64,000 nt of DNA from Chitinivibrionales bacterium. Its GTDB lineage: Bacteria > Fibrobacterota > Chitinivibrionia > Chitinivibrionales > WJMI01. The stretch lies in contig WJMI01000206.1 in the NCBI GenBank assembly GCA_014728015.1, positions 3,266 through 67,265 of the forward strand, read 5' to 3'. The translations under genes were made by a program, and so were the position numbers. The stretch's first letter is position 1. Each line of letters begins with the position of its first letter. Shown one piece after another: positions 44,243 to 53,128 of this stretch. Under the pieces are notes generated by a model. The model was not told where the DNA came from. It ran no database searches and worked only from the letters and a program-made list of their open reading frames with translations.

Positions 44243-45961
44243 CTATCGCGCGTAGTGCCTGGCGAGGATAAAGAACACGCTGGGGGTCCAGGTATATGCC
44301 GGGTCGCGCAGTCCGCGACCGGTGACCGCATCGAAATTTTCAGCCATGCCGCTTTTCGCGACCAGCTTCAAGAAGCGCCGGGCAATGGTGCGCGCGAGCG
44401 CGTGCTCGCCGCACGACCACAAGCCGTCAACAATTACCAGTGTCGAGGGCGCCCAGATGGGTCCGCGCCAGTAGCCATCCGGAATGTACCGCGGGCTCTC
44501 GGGAGACTCCGTGGCAAGCCCCCACCGTGTAAGAAAGAGCCCGCGGCGCTTCAACCCGGCCACGAGCTTTGTTCTGATCTCCGGAGGAAGCCGTTTGCCC
44601 AGCACGATCGGCAAATACGCGAGCAGGCTGTCCGATTCCACACAGTGACAATCGGGAAGACGCGGCGCCACGAAACGCTCGCCGTTCCATAGAAACCTGA
44701 TGAGTCGTTTCTGCAGTGTTTTGCTCTTGCGCATCCACTGGCGCGCTTCCCGCTTTCTTCCGAGCTTCCCAGCGACCGTTGCCAGCGTTTCCATCTGGAG
44801 CACGAGGTAGGCCGAGAGATCCGGCCCCTCCACCGGCGTGCCGGCCTCAAACAGCGTGCAGTTGTCCCATCCTGAATCGTTGCCGTGTTTGTATTCCGGG
44901 AGCCCGTCCCCGTTTGTGTCGCGGTACGTGAGCCACCACTCGGTCCACCGGCACAGGGGGCCATATATCTCCCGCAGCCGCGAAGTGCCGGCCAGCGACC
45001 GATTGGCGGCCAGAAGTTTGGCAAGGACCCAGCCGTGCACCGGTGGCTTGACAAAGCTGAGGCTTTCGGCGCGGTCGCTCACCGAGTCTGCCAAGGAACC
45101 TTGCGCGTGCTGGCGGTCGAAGTTTATCATGAACTGGTCCCACGCCGCGGCAGGATTGCGGAAGGCCAGGGCCCAGGCATTGAAACAGTTGTCCCAGGCC
45201 CATACCTGGATCATCCAGTTCTTGCTCATCAGCATGGCCGGCCGTTTGAGCGTTCCGCTCGGCGCGACCACGGCAGACCACATGACATATGCGGCCAATT
45301 CAGCCGTCTTCGCATGGCCCGCCGGCACCTTCGGAAGCTTCTTTTTCCATGCCGAGAATTCCTTGTCAACCCCGTAGATACACCGGCTGAAGCTTTTTCG
45401 ATACGAACGCTTCTCCCACTCCGATTCAAACTCCTCGATTGCCGATTCAAAGAAGCGTTCCCCGCTGCCGGCGGAGAGCGTGATAGTCACATGCGGGCAT
45501 CGGTGGTGGAAGTAGTCGGTCAGCAGCCACGGAGCATCCACGTGTACGGCTCCACGAAGGGGGGTCAGCATGTACTTGACGCGCCGTCGGGTAGCGTTGA
45601 TCTCCCATTGCCCCTGTCGGGCCGGCTGGGCCAGCGGCTCCATTTCCTTGCCGCAGGTAAGCCGGAGCGAGACTCCGGTGCCGCGCACGCGGACAAGATT
45701 GTTGTCTGGCATAACGAATTCGACGCTGCCGTGGGGTGTCTTCAGACGCAGATGGGAGGGCGTGGCGATTGGCGTAAATACCGCCGGCCTGCCGTTCTTC
45801 AGGACCTCGATGCGAAAGATACGGTTCGATCGCCAGAGCGCATCGCCGTGCACGCAGCGCCAGTACAGAGTGTTTCTGTCCGCTCCGTGCTGCCTGTCGT
45901 ACGAGATGGCCGTATATGAGCCGTGACGAGAGAACGGGACGTCGTGGATGTTAAAACGCAT
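44243..45961 (-). CDS. GH63-like (alpha/alpha)6-barrel glycoside hydrolase (glucosidase / mannosylglycerate-hydrolase-like)
   Basis: ORF 44243..45985 trimmed to ATG 45961, preceded by GGAGGAG. WAWDNCFNAWAL, NGDGLPEYKHGNDSGWDN, DGYWRGPIWAPST, MAENFDAVTG. Confidence 0.7.
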   Translation of the reverse strand: MRFNIHDVPFSRHGSYTAISYDRQHGADRNTLYWRCVHGDALWRSNRIFRIEVLKNGRPAVFTPIATPSHLRLKTPHGSVEFVMPDNNLVRVRGTGVSLRLTCGKEMEPLAQPARQGQWEINATRRRVKYMLTPLRGAVHVDAPWLLTDYFHHRCPHVTITLSAGSGERFFESAIEEFESEWEKRSYRKSFSRCIYGVDKEFSAWKKKLPKVPAGHAKTAELAAYVMWSAVVAPSGTLKRPAMLMSKNWMIQVWAWDNCFNAWALAFRNPAAAWDQFMINFDRQHAQGSLADSVSDRAESLSFVKPPVHGWVLAKLLAANRSLAGTSRLREIYGPLCRWTEWWLTYRDTNGDGLPEYKHGNDSGWDNCTLFEAGTPVEGPDLSAYLVLQMETLATVAGKLGRKREARQWMRKSKTLQKRLIRFLWNGERFVAPRLPDCHCVESDSLLAYLPIVLGKRLPPEIRTKLVAGLKRRGLFLTRWGLATESPESPRYIPDGYWRGPIWAPSTLVIVDGLWSCGEHALARTIARRFLKLVAKSGMAENFDAVTGRGLRDPAYTWTPSVFFILARHYAR

Positions 45962-46159
45962 GGACAAGCTCCTCCGGGGTTGCACAGCCCATAAACTTAG
46001 GTTATCGCAATCAATCTCGCAAGGATAGCGCCAAATAGCCCGTATCCCGCGCGTTTCCGCTTGCTCATCCGGTCGCGGCGCGGTAGTATTTTGTTTTTAG
46101 CGCGGCTCGCATTCCGGCGCAGAGCGGCGGCATGGATGCGAAGAGCGTGATGTTATTCC

Positions 46160-47197
46160 ATGAGCAAGCAGAAGAAAAATGCTGGCCCGCCGGTGCACTG
46201 GGAGCGGCTTTCCGATGAAGAGCTGCTTCAGATCCGTGTCCGCGACCTGAAGCTGCGGATCGAAGGCACCGTGCTGGAGGACCGCATCGCGCGTCTGTAT
46301 GAAGAACTCGATGCGCGCGGCATCCGGTTTCACCCGTCATGCTATCTTGCGGATGAATGGTTGACGCCTGACGGTATTCCGGTAATCGGCATTCCCTTCT
46401 TTCTCGCCCATCCCCGGCTGACGCAACTGGAAAAGAAGATAATGCTCGAGGCGGAGGGTGACAACGATGCCTGGTGCATGAGATTGCTCCGCCACGAAAC
46501 CGGTCATACGCTCAACTATGCATACCGGTTATACGCGCGCACGCGATGGCGTGAACTGTTCGGCCCGTATACGACGCGATACACGTCGGCCTATTCCGCA
46601 CAGCCGTATTCACGGCGTTTCGTGAGTCATCTTGAAGACAACTACGCGCAGGCCCATCCGGACGAGGATTTCGCCGAGACGTTCGCCGTATGGTTGACCC
46701 CGGGGAGCAACTGGGAGGAGAGGTACCGCGGGTGGCCGGCGATGAAAAAACTGCGCTATGTCGACCATCTCGCCGCCCAGATCGGCCCGCAGCCGCCGCT
46801 GGTGACGGCACACCAGACGCCCTGGTCGGCGGCGCGCATGCGATCCACTCTGGCCACGTACTACGACCGGAAGCGTCAGTATCTTGGCGACGATTTTCCC
46901 GGCTTCTACGATCCCGCGCTCCAGCGGCTTTTTTCGACGCGTCCCCAGCCGGGCGCGCAAAAAGCCTCCCGCTTTCTCCGCGGCACCCGGCGCCGCATCG
47001 TCGACAGCGTGGCATTGTGGACCGGCCAGCGGAAGTTCGACATTGACAAGCTCATACGCAAGCTCGCCCTTCGCTGTGATGCACTCGGCCTGTATCTCAA
47101 GCAGTCGGAGAGCGACACTGTATTCGATGTAACCTCGTTTGTGACCGCTGCCATGGCTCGTATCAGACTTTTTGACCGGAGGACGGAAACCCAGTGA
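46160..47197 (+). CDS. putative zinc metallopeptidase-like protein (HExxH)
   Basis: 345 aa. RLLRHETGHTLNYAY (HExxH) followed by HPDEDFAETFAVWL, as in the putative zinc-binding metallopeptidase family. Stop overlaps the next start (GTGA). Confidence 0.65.
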   Translation: MSKQKKNAGPPVHWERLSDEELLQIRVRDLKLRIEGTVLEDRIARLYEELDARGIRFHPSCYLADEWLTPDGIPVIGIPFFLAHPRLTQLEKKIMLEAEGDNDAWCMRLLRHETGHTLNYAYRLYARTRWRELFGPYTTRYTSAYSAQPYSRRFVSHLEDNYAQAHPDEDFAETFAVWLTPGSNWEERYRGWPAMKKLRYVDHLAAQIGPQPPLVTAHQTPWSAARMRSTLATYYDRKRQYLGDDFPGFYDPALQRLFSTRPQPGAQKASRFLRGTRRRIVDSVALWTGQRKFDIDKLIRKLALRCDALGLYLKQSESDTVFDVTSFVTAAMARIRLFDRRTETQ

Positions 47198-48210
47198 AGA
47201 AGCTCGACATTACGGTTCTTATGGATGCGGCATGCATTCCCGCCGAGGATCCGGAATTTACCGGCGGGAGCGCCAGCGATACCACCGAGTATCACGTTGT
47301 CCACGCCCTGCGAGAGCTCAAACATGCGGTTACTATCCTGGGCGTGAGCGATTCGGTGCAGGAGATGGTCCGCCACCTCAGCGAGCATCGTCCCGATATT
47401 GTTTTCAATCTGACCGAGCAGTTCCGCGACGACCGGGGGATGGATCGTCACATCGCCGGCCTGCTCGAGCTGATGGATGTTCCCTTTACCGGCACGGGCG
47501 CGCTCGGCCTGCTCCTGTGCCGCAACAAGGGATTGTGCAAGCAGCTGCTCAGCTCCCGCAAGGTGCGCGTGCCGCACTTCGTGGTCGTCCCGAGGGGCAA
47601 GCGTATTCATGTTCCCAAGACGGTGAGCTTTCCGCTCGTGGTGAAACCGAACCTGGAGGACGGGTCTGACGGTATTTCCAATGCATCGCTTGTGTACGAC
47701 GATGAGGCCCTTAACGCGCGCGCGCGCATGGTTCACGAACGATACAACCAGTCCGCCATTGCCGAAGAGTACATCGAAGGGCGGGAGCTGTATGTCGGGG
47801 TTATCGGTAATAACCGGCTGACCGTTCTTCCGCCGCGGGAAATCTTTCTTCCGAAACCCGAAACCGGCGGCCCGGTACTCGCCACGCAGCGGGTGAAGTT
47901 CGATACCGACTACCAGAAGCGATGGAATATCAGGTTCGGGTTCGGCGAATTCGAGGAAAAGCAGCTGCAGAATATCGTGCGCACGTGCAAACGCGCGTAT
48001 CGCGCGCTGCAGATCCAGGACTACGGCCGCATGGATGTGCGTGTTACACCTGATGGCCACGTGGTTATTCTCGAGGCAAACCCGAATCCGGATATCGCCT
48101 ATGGCGAGGAAGTGGCCGAAGCCGCGTCCAGAGCGGGGATCGAGTATGAAGCGCTTGTTCAGCGCGTCCTGAACCTGGCGCTGAGGCGATACCGGAGCGC
48201 GAAGAGCTGA
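47194..48210 (+). CDS. ATP-grasp ligase of the D-alanine--D-alanine ligase family
   Basis: GTG start in a GTGA overlap. PDIVFNLTEQF, LELMDVPFTGTG, FPLVVKPNLEDGSDGI, IAEEYIEGRELYVGVIG, GRMDVRV...VILEANPNP. Confidence 0.85.
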   Translation: MKKLDITVLMDAACIPAEDPEFTGGSASDTTEYHVVHALRELKHAVTILGVSDSVQEMVRHLSEHRPDIVFNLTEQFRDDRGMDRHIAGLLELMDVPFTGTGALGLLLCRNKGLCKQLLSSRKVRVPHFVVVPRGKRIHVPKTVSFPLVVKPNLEDGSDGISNASLVYDDEALNARARMVHERYNQSAIAEEYIEGRELYVGVIGNNRLTVLPPREIFLPKPETGGPVLATQRVKFDTDYQKRWNIRFGFGEFEEKQLQNIVRTCKRAYRALQIQDYGRMDVRVTPDGHVVILEANPNPDIAYGEEVAEAASRAGIEYEALVQRVLNLALRRYRSAKS

Positions 48211-48230
48211 ACGTCCGGGAACCGGCCGGC

Positions 48231-50210
48231 CTATCCTTCGAATACCACCACCCCGTGTCCGCCCGTCATCGTAATCGATACTTCCGCGTACCCGTCCCGG
48301 TATGCGAACGGAAGTTCGTGCTCCTCCGGAACCAGGAGGACGCGCCGCGGCTTCCTGTCGAGACGTACGGCGAGCGGCATGTCCACCAGCGGAATGGGAT
48401 CTTCGACGATATCGAGGTCCTCGGCGCGGCGCTCCGCGGCGAAACTGAGCAGGTGGACGGCGGTGCGTTTTCTCTTCCTGACAACGGTTGTTTCGAGGCG
48501 TGACGGACCGCCGGCCCGGACCAGCGGTCGCGGCATAAGGCGCCGTATCGCGTTGCCGATAAGAGTGCGGTAGACGAGGTTCCCGTGGCGCGCGTAGGCG
48601 GTGAATACGGGCACGCTGAACGTTATCACTCCGCGCATCTGTACGACGGCCGCGAACCGGGACACTCGTGCGGGGGGGGTCTGCCGATGGGAGCAGTAGC
48701 GGTCGAACGAGCGCTCGAAATACGGCTCAACCACCTTGCACAGTGACGTGGCTCCCTTCGTGGGCGTCATCCGGAACCCGCGCTCGTACATGACGTGATC
48801 CATGTCCTCGATGCCGTCCGCGATCGAGCGGTGCGCGCGAAGGTAGGTGACCGAGTAGGGCGATTCCCCGTGCAGAACGATTCCCAGCTCGCGCATGGCG
48901 GGTGTGCCCGCGGCGGTGTGCGCCGCCGCGCCGGACACGATACACGCGCCCCCCCGCTTCAGGAAAGCACGAAGCCGCGATGCCAGGCGCGCGGTCACGA
49001 CAATCGATTCCGGAATGATGACGAGCTCATACGTATCAAGGTCCGCATCCGGGGCAACGAGATCGAACTGGTGGTTCAGCTGCTGCAGCGAACGAATGAT
49101 CCCCAGACCGTCAGGGCCGGCATTGTCGCCGTATTCTGGATTGATAATGACACCTATCTGGCTGACAATCTTTCCGCCGTCAACCCACCGACCGCAGACT
49201 TCGATATGGCGATAGACCTTTCCGATCAGCTCGTAGGCCGGTTTGTCAAGCACCCCGCGCGGGTGGAGCTGGTCCCCGACCAGGCTTCCCATTCCCTGGC
49301 TGAGCATCAGCCCGCACTCGTATTTCAAGGCCGCCGCGGGTTTCAACCCGCCGAAATCGGCCCATGACTTGTGGAAACGCGCCGTGTGGCTTAACGCGGG
49401 CAGGCCGTAGGGGCGCACGAAACGCGAGACATAGGGGAAATACGTATATCCCCATCCGCCCGTGGGAAGTGATTCGATTTCAACATGGCGAATAAATTTC
49501 TTTTCGACCGGTAGATGCATCTTGGGCCTGCTGTTGAACCAGATGCTCGCGGGGCGGCCGCGCTTATGCGCCTGGTCGATCATTTTGCGGTAGCGCGCCA
49601 GGTAGGCGCGGGCGACTTCGCGGGCGTACCGACCGCGGTCATGCGCGCTGCGCGGGTCCAGCCCCTTTCGCTTCATGCCGTCGAGCGCCCACTTGCTGAT
49701 GCTCTGCTGGTCCCAGCACATGTCCAGAAACAGCCAGTCAATCGGCGCGAACTTTTTGCATACCTCGGCTATCTGGTCGGTCAGATACTCCTGGTAAGGG
49801 CTTGACATATCAAGGATCCACCAGCCGGCCTCAAGCGGGGCCGCCCACTTCACCGGTTGGCCCGAAACCGGGTCAATGGCAATCCATTCGGGATGCATCT
49901 TCGCGGCGTATTCGTCGCATTGCACGCTCACATAGAGCGGCGTCCGAATCTTGTAGCGACGCAGGGCCGCGATTTGCTCCTCGAGCAGGCTGAGCGAACG
50001 GGGGAGGCCGGGATGCCGCGCCGGATGATTCGTGTTGTAGTACAAGTGCCCGTGGTGGCATTTGGCAAAGAGCGTGACACTGTCCACATGCGCATCCGCA
50101 AAGGTCCGGGCGAACGTGTTGGGATCGAAGTCACGGCCGACGTCCGGGATATCCGGGCCGGTGTGGAAGTCCAGGTGGATGGCCCGTTTGGGCAGGATAA
50201 ATTTCGGCAT
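48231..50210 (-). CDS. putative glycoside hydrolase (GHL6-like TIM barrel with GH42-type trimerisation-like middle domain)
   Basis: 659 aa. N-terminus AIHLDFHTGPDIP...VDSVTLFAKCHHGHLYYNT resembles the hypothetical-glycosyl-hydrolase-6 family. Assignment from memory, unverified. Confidence 0.55.
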   Translation of the reverse strand: MPKFILPKRAIHLDFHTGPDIPDVGRDFDPNTFARTFADAHVDSVTLFAKCHHGHLYYNTNHPARHPGLPRSLSLLEEQIAALRRYKIRTPLYVSVQCDEYAAKMHPEWIAIDPVSGQPVKWAAPLEAGWWILDMSSPYQEYLTDQIAEVCKKFAPIDWLFLDMCWDQQSISKWALDGMKRKGLDPRSAHDRGRYAREVARAYLARYRKMIDQAHKRGRPASIWFNSRPKMHLPVEKKFIRHVEIESLPTGGWGYTYFPYVSRFVRPYGLPALSHTARFHKSWADFGGLKPAAALKYECGLMLSQGMGSLVGDQLHPRGVLDKPAYELIGKVYRHIEVCGRWVDGGKIVSQIGVIINPEYGDNAGPDGLGIIRSLQQLNHQFDLVAPDADLDTYELVIIPESIVVTARLASRLRAFLKRGGACIVSGAAAHTAAGTPAMRELGIVLHGESPYSVTYLRAHRSIADGIEDMDHVMYERGFRMTPTKGATSLCKVVEPYFERSFDRYCSHRQTPPARVSRFAAVVQMRGVITFSVPVFTAYARHGNLVYRTLIGNAIRRLMPRPLVRAGGPSRLETTVVRKRKRTAVHLLSFAAERRAEDLDIVEDPIPLVDMPLAVRLDRKPRRVLLVPEEHELPFAYRDGYAEVSITMTGGHGVVVFEG

Positions 50211-50222
50211 GGAAATACTCCT

Positions 50223-50960
50223 TCAGTTCAGAAGCCAGTGAAACCGCCCGGCATCAGGATGGCGAAACGGCGTCGGACCGAACAGTTTATGGGCAAACCT
50301 TTGTGTGACAGTGTCCCATGTCGCGCGGGTAAGCTCGGTCAGACTGCTCGATGCCCGCGCTTCCACATGTCCGTAGGCGACCGCCCGCCCGGCCCGGTTG
50401 TCCCACACCGCGGCCCTGGCTGAAAGCCGCAGCTGGCGGTGCATCGTGCGCTGCGCGACCCCTCCGCCATGATGGTACACGTCGTGCAGGCCAAGCGTCA
50501 GGTCTTCCAGAAACAGCACGAAGGCCGGCGGGCCGGACGAGAATGAAACCGTGGTCCCGCTGTCGGGCAGATGCATGGTCAGGTCGGGCAGGTTTTCGCG
50601 CGGGAGCGATGTTTCTTTCAACGGCGCGTTGCATGCGCTATCGGCAAGTACTACTCCGGTGAAAGTTGCTGCTTCGGCGATGGTTTCGGGCAGGCGCGCG
50701 CGAACGTAGTTACGCGTCAGATCGGATGCCGCGCCCTCGCCGAAGACCCTGCGCACGGATCCGAGATGGCGGAGCGTGATGTCGTCGATACAGGGAGCGA
50801 TGACCAGGGCGGCACTGTCGATCGCGGCGTTACGGTACGGCGGTGCAACTGTCATTTTTCCGCCGCATCCCATCGCGCACAGGGCGAGCGCGCAGGCGAC
50901 TGCACAGGCCGGCACAGCCCGGTGACACGCGAGCATCTTCCCTGATCGTAAAGTGGTCAT
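50223..50960 (-). CDS. lipoprotein, unknown function
   Basis: ORF 50223..51398; its first 146 codons overlap the SDR gene. ATG 50960 forms an ATGA overlap with the SDR stop at 50957..50959. MTTLRSGKMLACHRAVPACAVACALALCAMGC lipobox. Confidence 0.6.
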   Translation of the reverse strand: MTTLRSGKMLACHRAVPACAVACALALCAMGCGGKMTVAPPYRNAAIDSAALVIAPCIDDITLRHLGSVRRVFGEGAASDLTRNYVRARLPETIAEAATFTGVVLADSACNAPLKETSLPRENLPDLTMHLPDSGTTVSFSSGPPAFVLFLEDLTLGLHDVYHHGGGVAQRTMHRQLRLSARAAVWDNRAGRAVAYGHVEARASSSLTELTRATWDTVTQRFAHKLFGPTPFRHPDAGRFHWLLN

Positions 50961-51727
50961 CTGCCCATCGCCAGGCTGCCGCCGTCCACGGGAAGCACGG
51001 CGCCGGTAATAAACGAAGCATTGTCGGATGCGAGGAATGCAACCGCCTCGGCGACTTCCGCGGGTTCGCCGACCCGGCCGAGCGGATGGCGCGAAGTGAC
51101 CTGGTCGCGCACGCCGGGCTGCGCAAGCCAGCTTTCCACAAGCGGCGTGCGGACAACCCCGGGACAAATCGCATTGACCCGGATCCGGTCGCGGGCATGC
51201 GCGATAGCCATATGGCGCGCGAGGTTGACCACGCCCGCCTTGGATGCCGAGAACGCCGCACCACCCCAGTTCCCGCGCATCGCCCCAATTGATGCGATGT
51301 GGACAATCGAGCCTCCGCCGCTGGAACGCATGACCGGCACGGCATACTTCGATGCGAGAAACACGCTCTTGAGATCGACTGCCGCGATGCGATCCCACTC
51401 CTGCTCCGTGAGTTCCTCCACGTTTTGACCGGAGCCGACGCCCGCCGAGGTCACCAGGATGTCCAGCCGCTCAAATGCCGCGACGGCCTGTTCCACCATC
51501 GCATGCGCATCGCGATCGAGGGTAACATCGGACCGCACAAACAAGGCGTTATGCCCGTCGTCGCACAGTTCCTCGCACGCTCGCTGCCCCTCCTTTTCGT
51601 TGATATCCGCAATCACGACTGCCGCGCCCTCGCGGGCCAGGAGCACAGCGGTCGCGCGCCCGATCCCGGATGCGCCCCCCGTGATCAGCGCCACTTTGCC
51701 GACGAAGCGTGGCTCACCGTGCATCAT
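50957..51727 (-). CDS. short-chain dehydrogenase/reductase (FabG / glucose-1-dehydrogenase-like)
   Basis: ALITGGASGIGRA (TGxxxGxG), NAICPG, and S...YxxxK context (SASKAGV). Confidence 0.9.
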   Translation of the reverse strand: MMHGEPRFVGKVALITGGASGIGRATAVLLAREGAAVVIADINEKEGQRACEELCDDGHNALFVRSDVTLDRDAHAMVEQAVAAFERLDILVTSAGVGSGQNVEELTEQEWDRIAAVDLKSVFLASKYAVPVMRSSGGGSIVHIASIGAMRGNWGGAAFSASKAGVVNLARHMAIAHARDRIRVNAICPGVVRTPLVESWLAQPGVRDQVTSRHPLGRVGEPAEVAEAVAFLASDNASFITGAVLPVDGGSLAMGR

Positions 51728-51728
51728 G

Positions 51729-51983
51729 TTATTCCTTAATGCCGTTGATCGAACCGACTTCGAGCGGCGCCTCCACGGAGTATACCGTGTCTTCGGGCGG
51801 GAAATCGCAATGCTCTATGTGATGCATCCTGCAGGTCTTGGTGGTGGCCACGCCCGAGACAACCACCCCGTTGCGAATGTCGTGCTCGGCGACAGCGGCG
51901 CGGACCGATTCGAGGAGTTTCTCGCCGGGATCTACGGCTACCGTAATCACCTCCACGGGCCCGTTGTACGACATCGATCGCAT
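51729..51983 (-). CDS. PPC (DUF296) domain protein
   Basis: ORF 51729..52025 trimmed to ATG 51983, preceded by GGAGAGAGG. 84 aa, VEVITVAVDPGEKLLESVRAAVAEHDIRNGVVVSGVAT... resembles the PPC/DUF296 fold. Stop lies 1 nt from the SDR start. Confidence 0.55.
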   Translation of the reverse strand: MRSMSYNGPVEVITVAVDPGEKLLESVRAAVAEHDIRNGVVVSGVATTKTCRMHHIEHCDFPPEDTVYSVEAPLEVGSINGIKE

Positions 51984-52058
51984 CTCGTGTTCCTCTCTCC
52001 ACAAAAAAACGGCCGATGGTGTCACCGGCCGAACGAACGCCTTGTGATTTTCGCGGCG

Positions 52059-52940
52059 CTACAGGATGCTTTCCTTGTCGATTTTGCTGATCAAGCGCTT
52101 GTAGCGGAGCCACATGATCAACCGGATGAGCGCCACGACCAGCACGAGGAGCAGCACGACCCCGATGACAATCACCGGTGTATAGCTCTCCATCTTGAAT
52201 GCCGGTTTCTGCTTGTCCTGCTCCGCTTTGAGCGCGGCGGCCTCGGCCTGCGCGGCGAGCGCCATGGCTTCGCTGTCCGGCTCGTGCGCCGCTGCCGGCG
52301 CATCTTCGAACCGTACGGTTATCCGATCAACGCCCGGTATATTGAGCGGCTCTTCGCGGAACTGGTATTCTTTCTGCCACTTGTGCGAATACAGGCTCTT
52401 TGCGTTTAAACGGACCAAAAACGGCTGCTCGACCTGTGCCGAGAACTTGTGGAAACAATCCCACAGGTCAACCTTGGCGGCCACGGAGCCGATGAAACGC
52501 TTTTTGCCCGAACGCGCGGTGAGAATGACCGGGTAGGCCCAGAACAGATAGTATCGACCTTCCTCCTTGAGGAACCCGTGGTATTCCTTGTTGTTGCGCG
52601 CGACATACCTGAACCACCGCTGATTGGCGACATTGCGGTATTCCCGTTCCGGGCTCTCGCCACGAACCACTTCGCTGATAATAACGCCCTTGGAGTTTGT
52701 TCGAATGAGCGAATAGATTGTCTGGTGTTTCTTCAGGGAGCGGACAAAGAACCGGTCGGTGGTGGACAAGCGGGTTTTCTTGGCGGCGGGGGTCTTCGGG
52801 ATTTCCGCAACCGATTCGCCGAGCTCTTCGAAGTAGGCTTCGATGTTTTCCTTCAAGCCCTCCGCGTGGATTGCTATGCACCCGAATACAAACACCGCCA
52901 GCATCGCACGCATGGCCGCGAACCTTGTCGTGTTGTCCAT
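52059..52940 (-). CDS. secreted, C-terminally membrane-anchored protein, unknown function
   Basis: GGGAGG before ATG 52940. Signal MRAMLAVFVFGCIAIHA. Ala/Glu/Gln-rich linker, then TM PVIVIGVVLLLVLVVALIRLIMWL near the C-terminus. Confidence 0.55.
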   Translation of the reverse strand: MDNTTRFAAMRAMLAVFVFGCIAIHAEGLKENIEAYFEELGESVAEIPKTPAAKKTRLSTTDRFFVRSLKKHQTIYSLIRTNSKGVIISEVVRGESPEREYRNVANQRWFRYVARNNKEYHGFLKEEGRYYLFWAYPVILTARSGKKRFIGSVAAKVDLWDCFHKFSAQVEQPFLVRLNAKSLYSHKWQKEYQFREEPLNIPGVDRITVRFEDAPAAAHEPDSEAMALAAQAEAAALKAEQDKQKPAFKMESYTPVIVIGVVLLLVLVVALIRLIMWLRYKRLISKIDKESIL

Positions 52941-53025
52941 AATTCATCCTCCCGCTCACGCTCGAGATACGCACCCGCGCCGGCACCCGTTTGCGCCGCT
53001 CGGCGGTACGCGGCTTTTTGCCGGT

Positions 53026-53042
53026 TTCTACAATATATATAG
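53026..53042. promoter_or_regulatory. A/T-rich quasi-palindromic box TTCTACAATATATATAG
   Basis: About 90 nt upstream of the minus-strand gene starting at 52940. Nearly identical to the box at 56143..56159. Confidence 0.35.
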
Positions 53043-53128
53043 CCAGTTCGGAAGTCTCAAAAGGCTTTGGGCACGGCCGGATGTAGACCGTCGGCCGGGT
53101 CTCGCAGGATGCCGGCGCGTTTCGCGGA

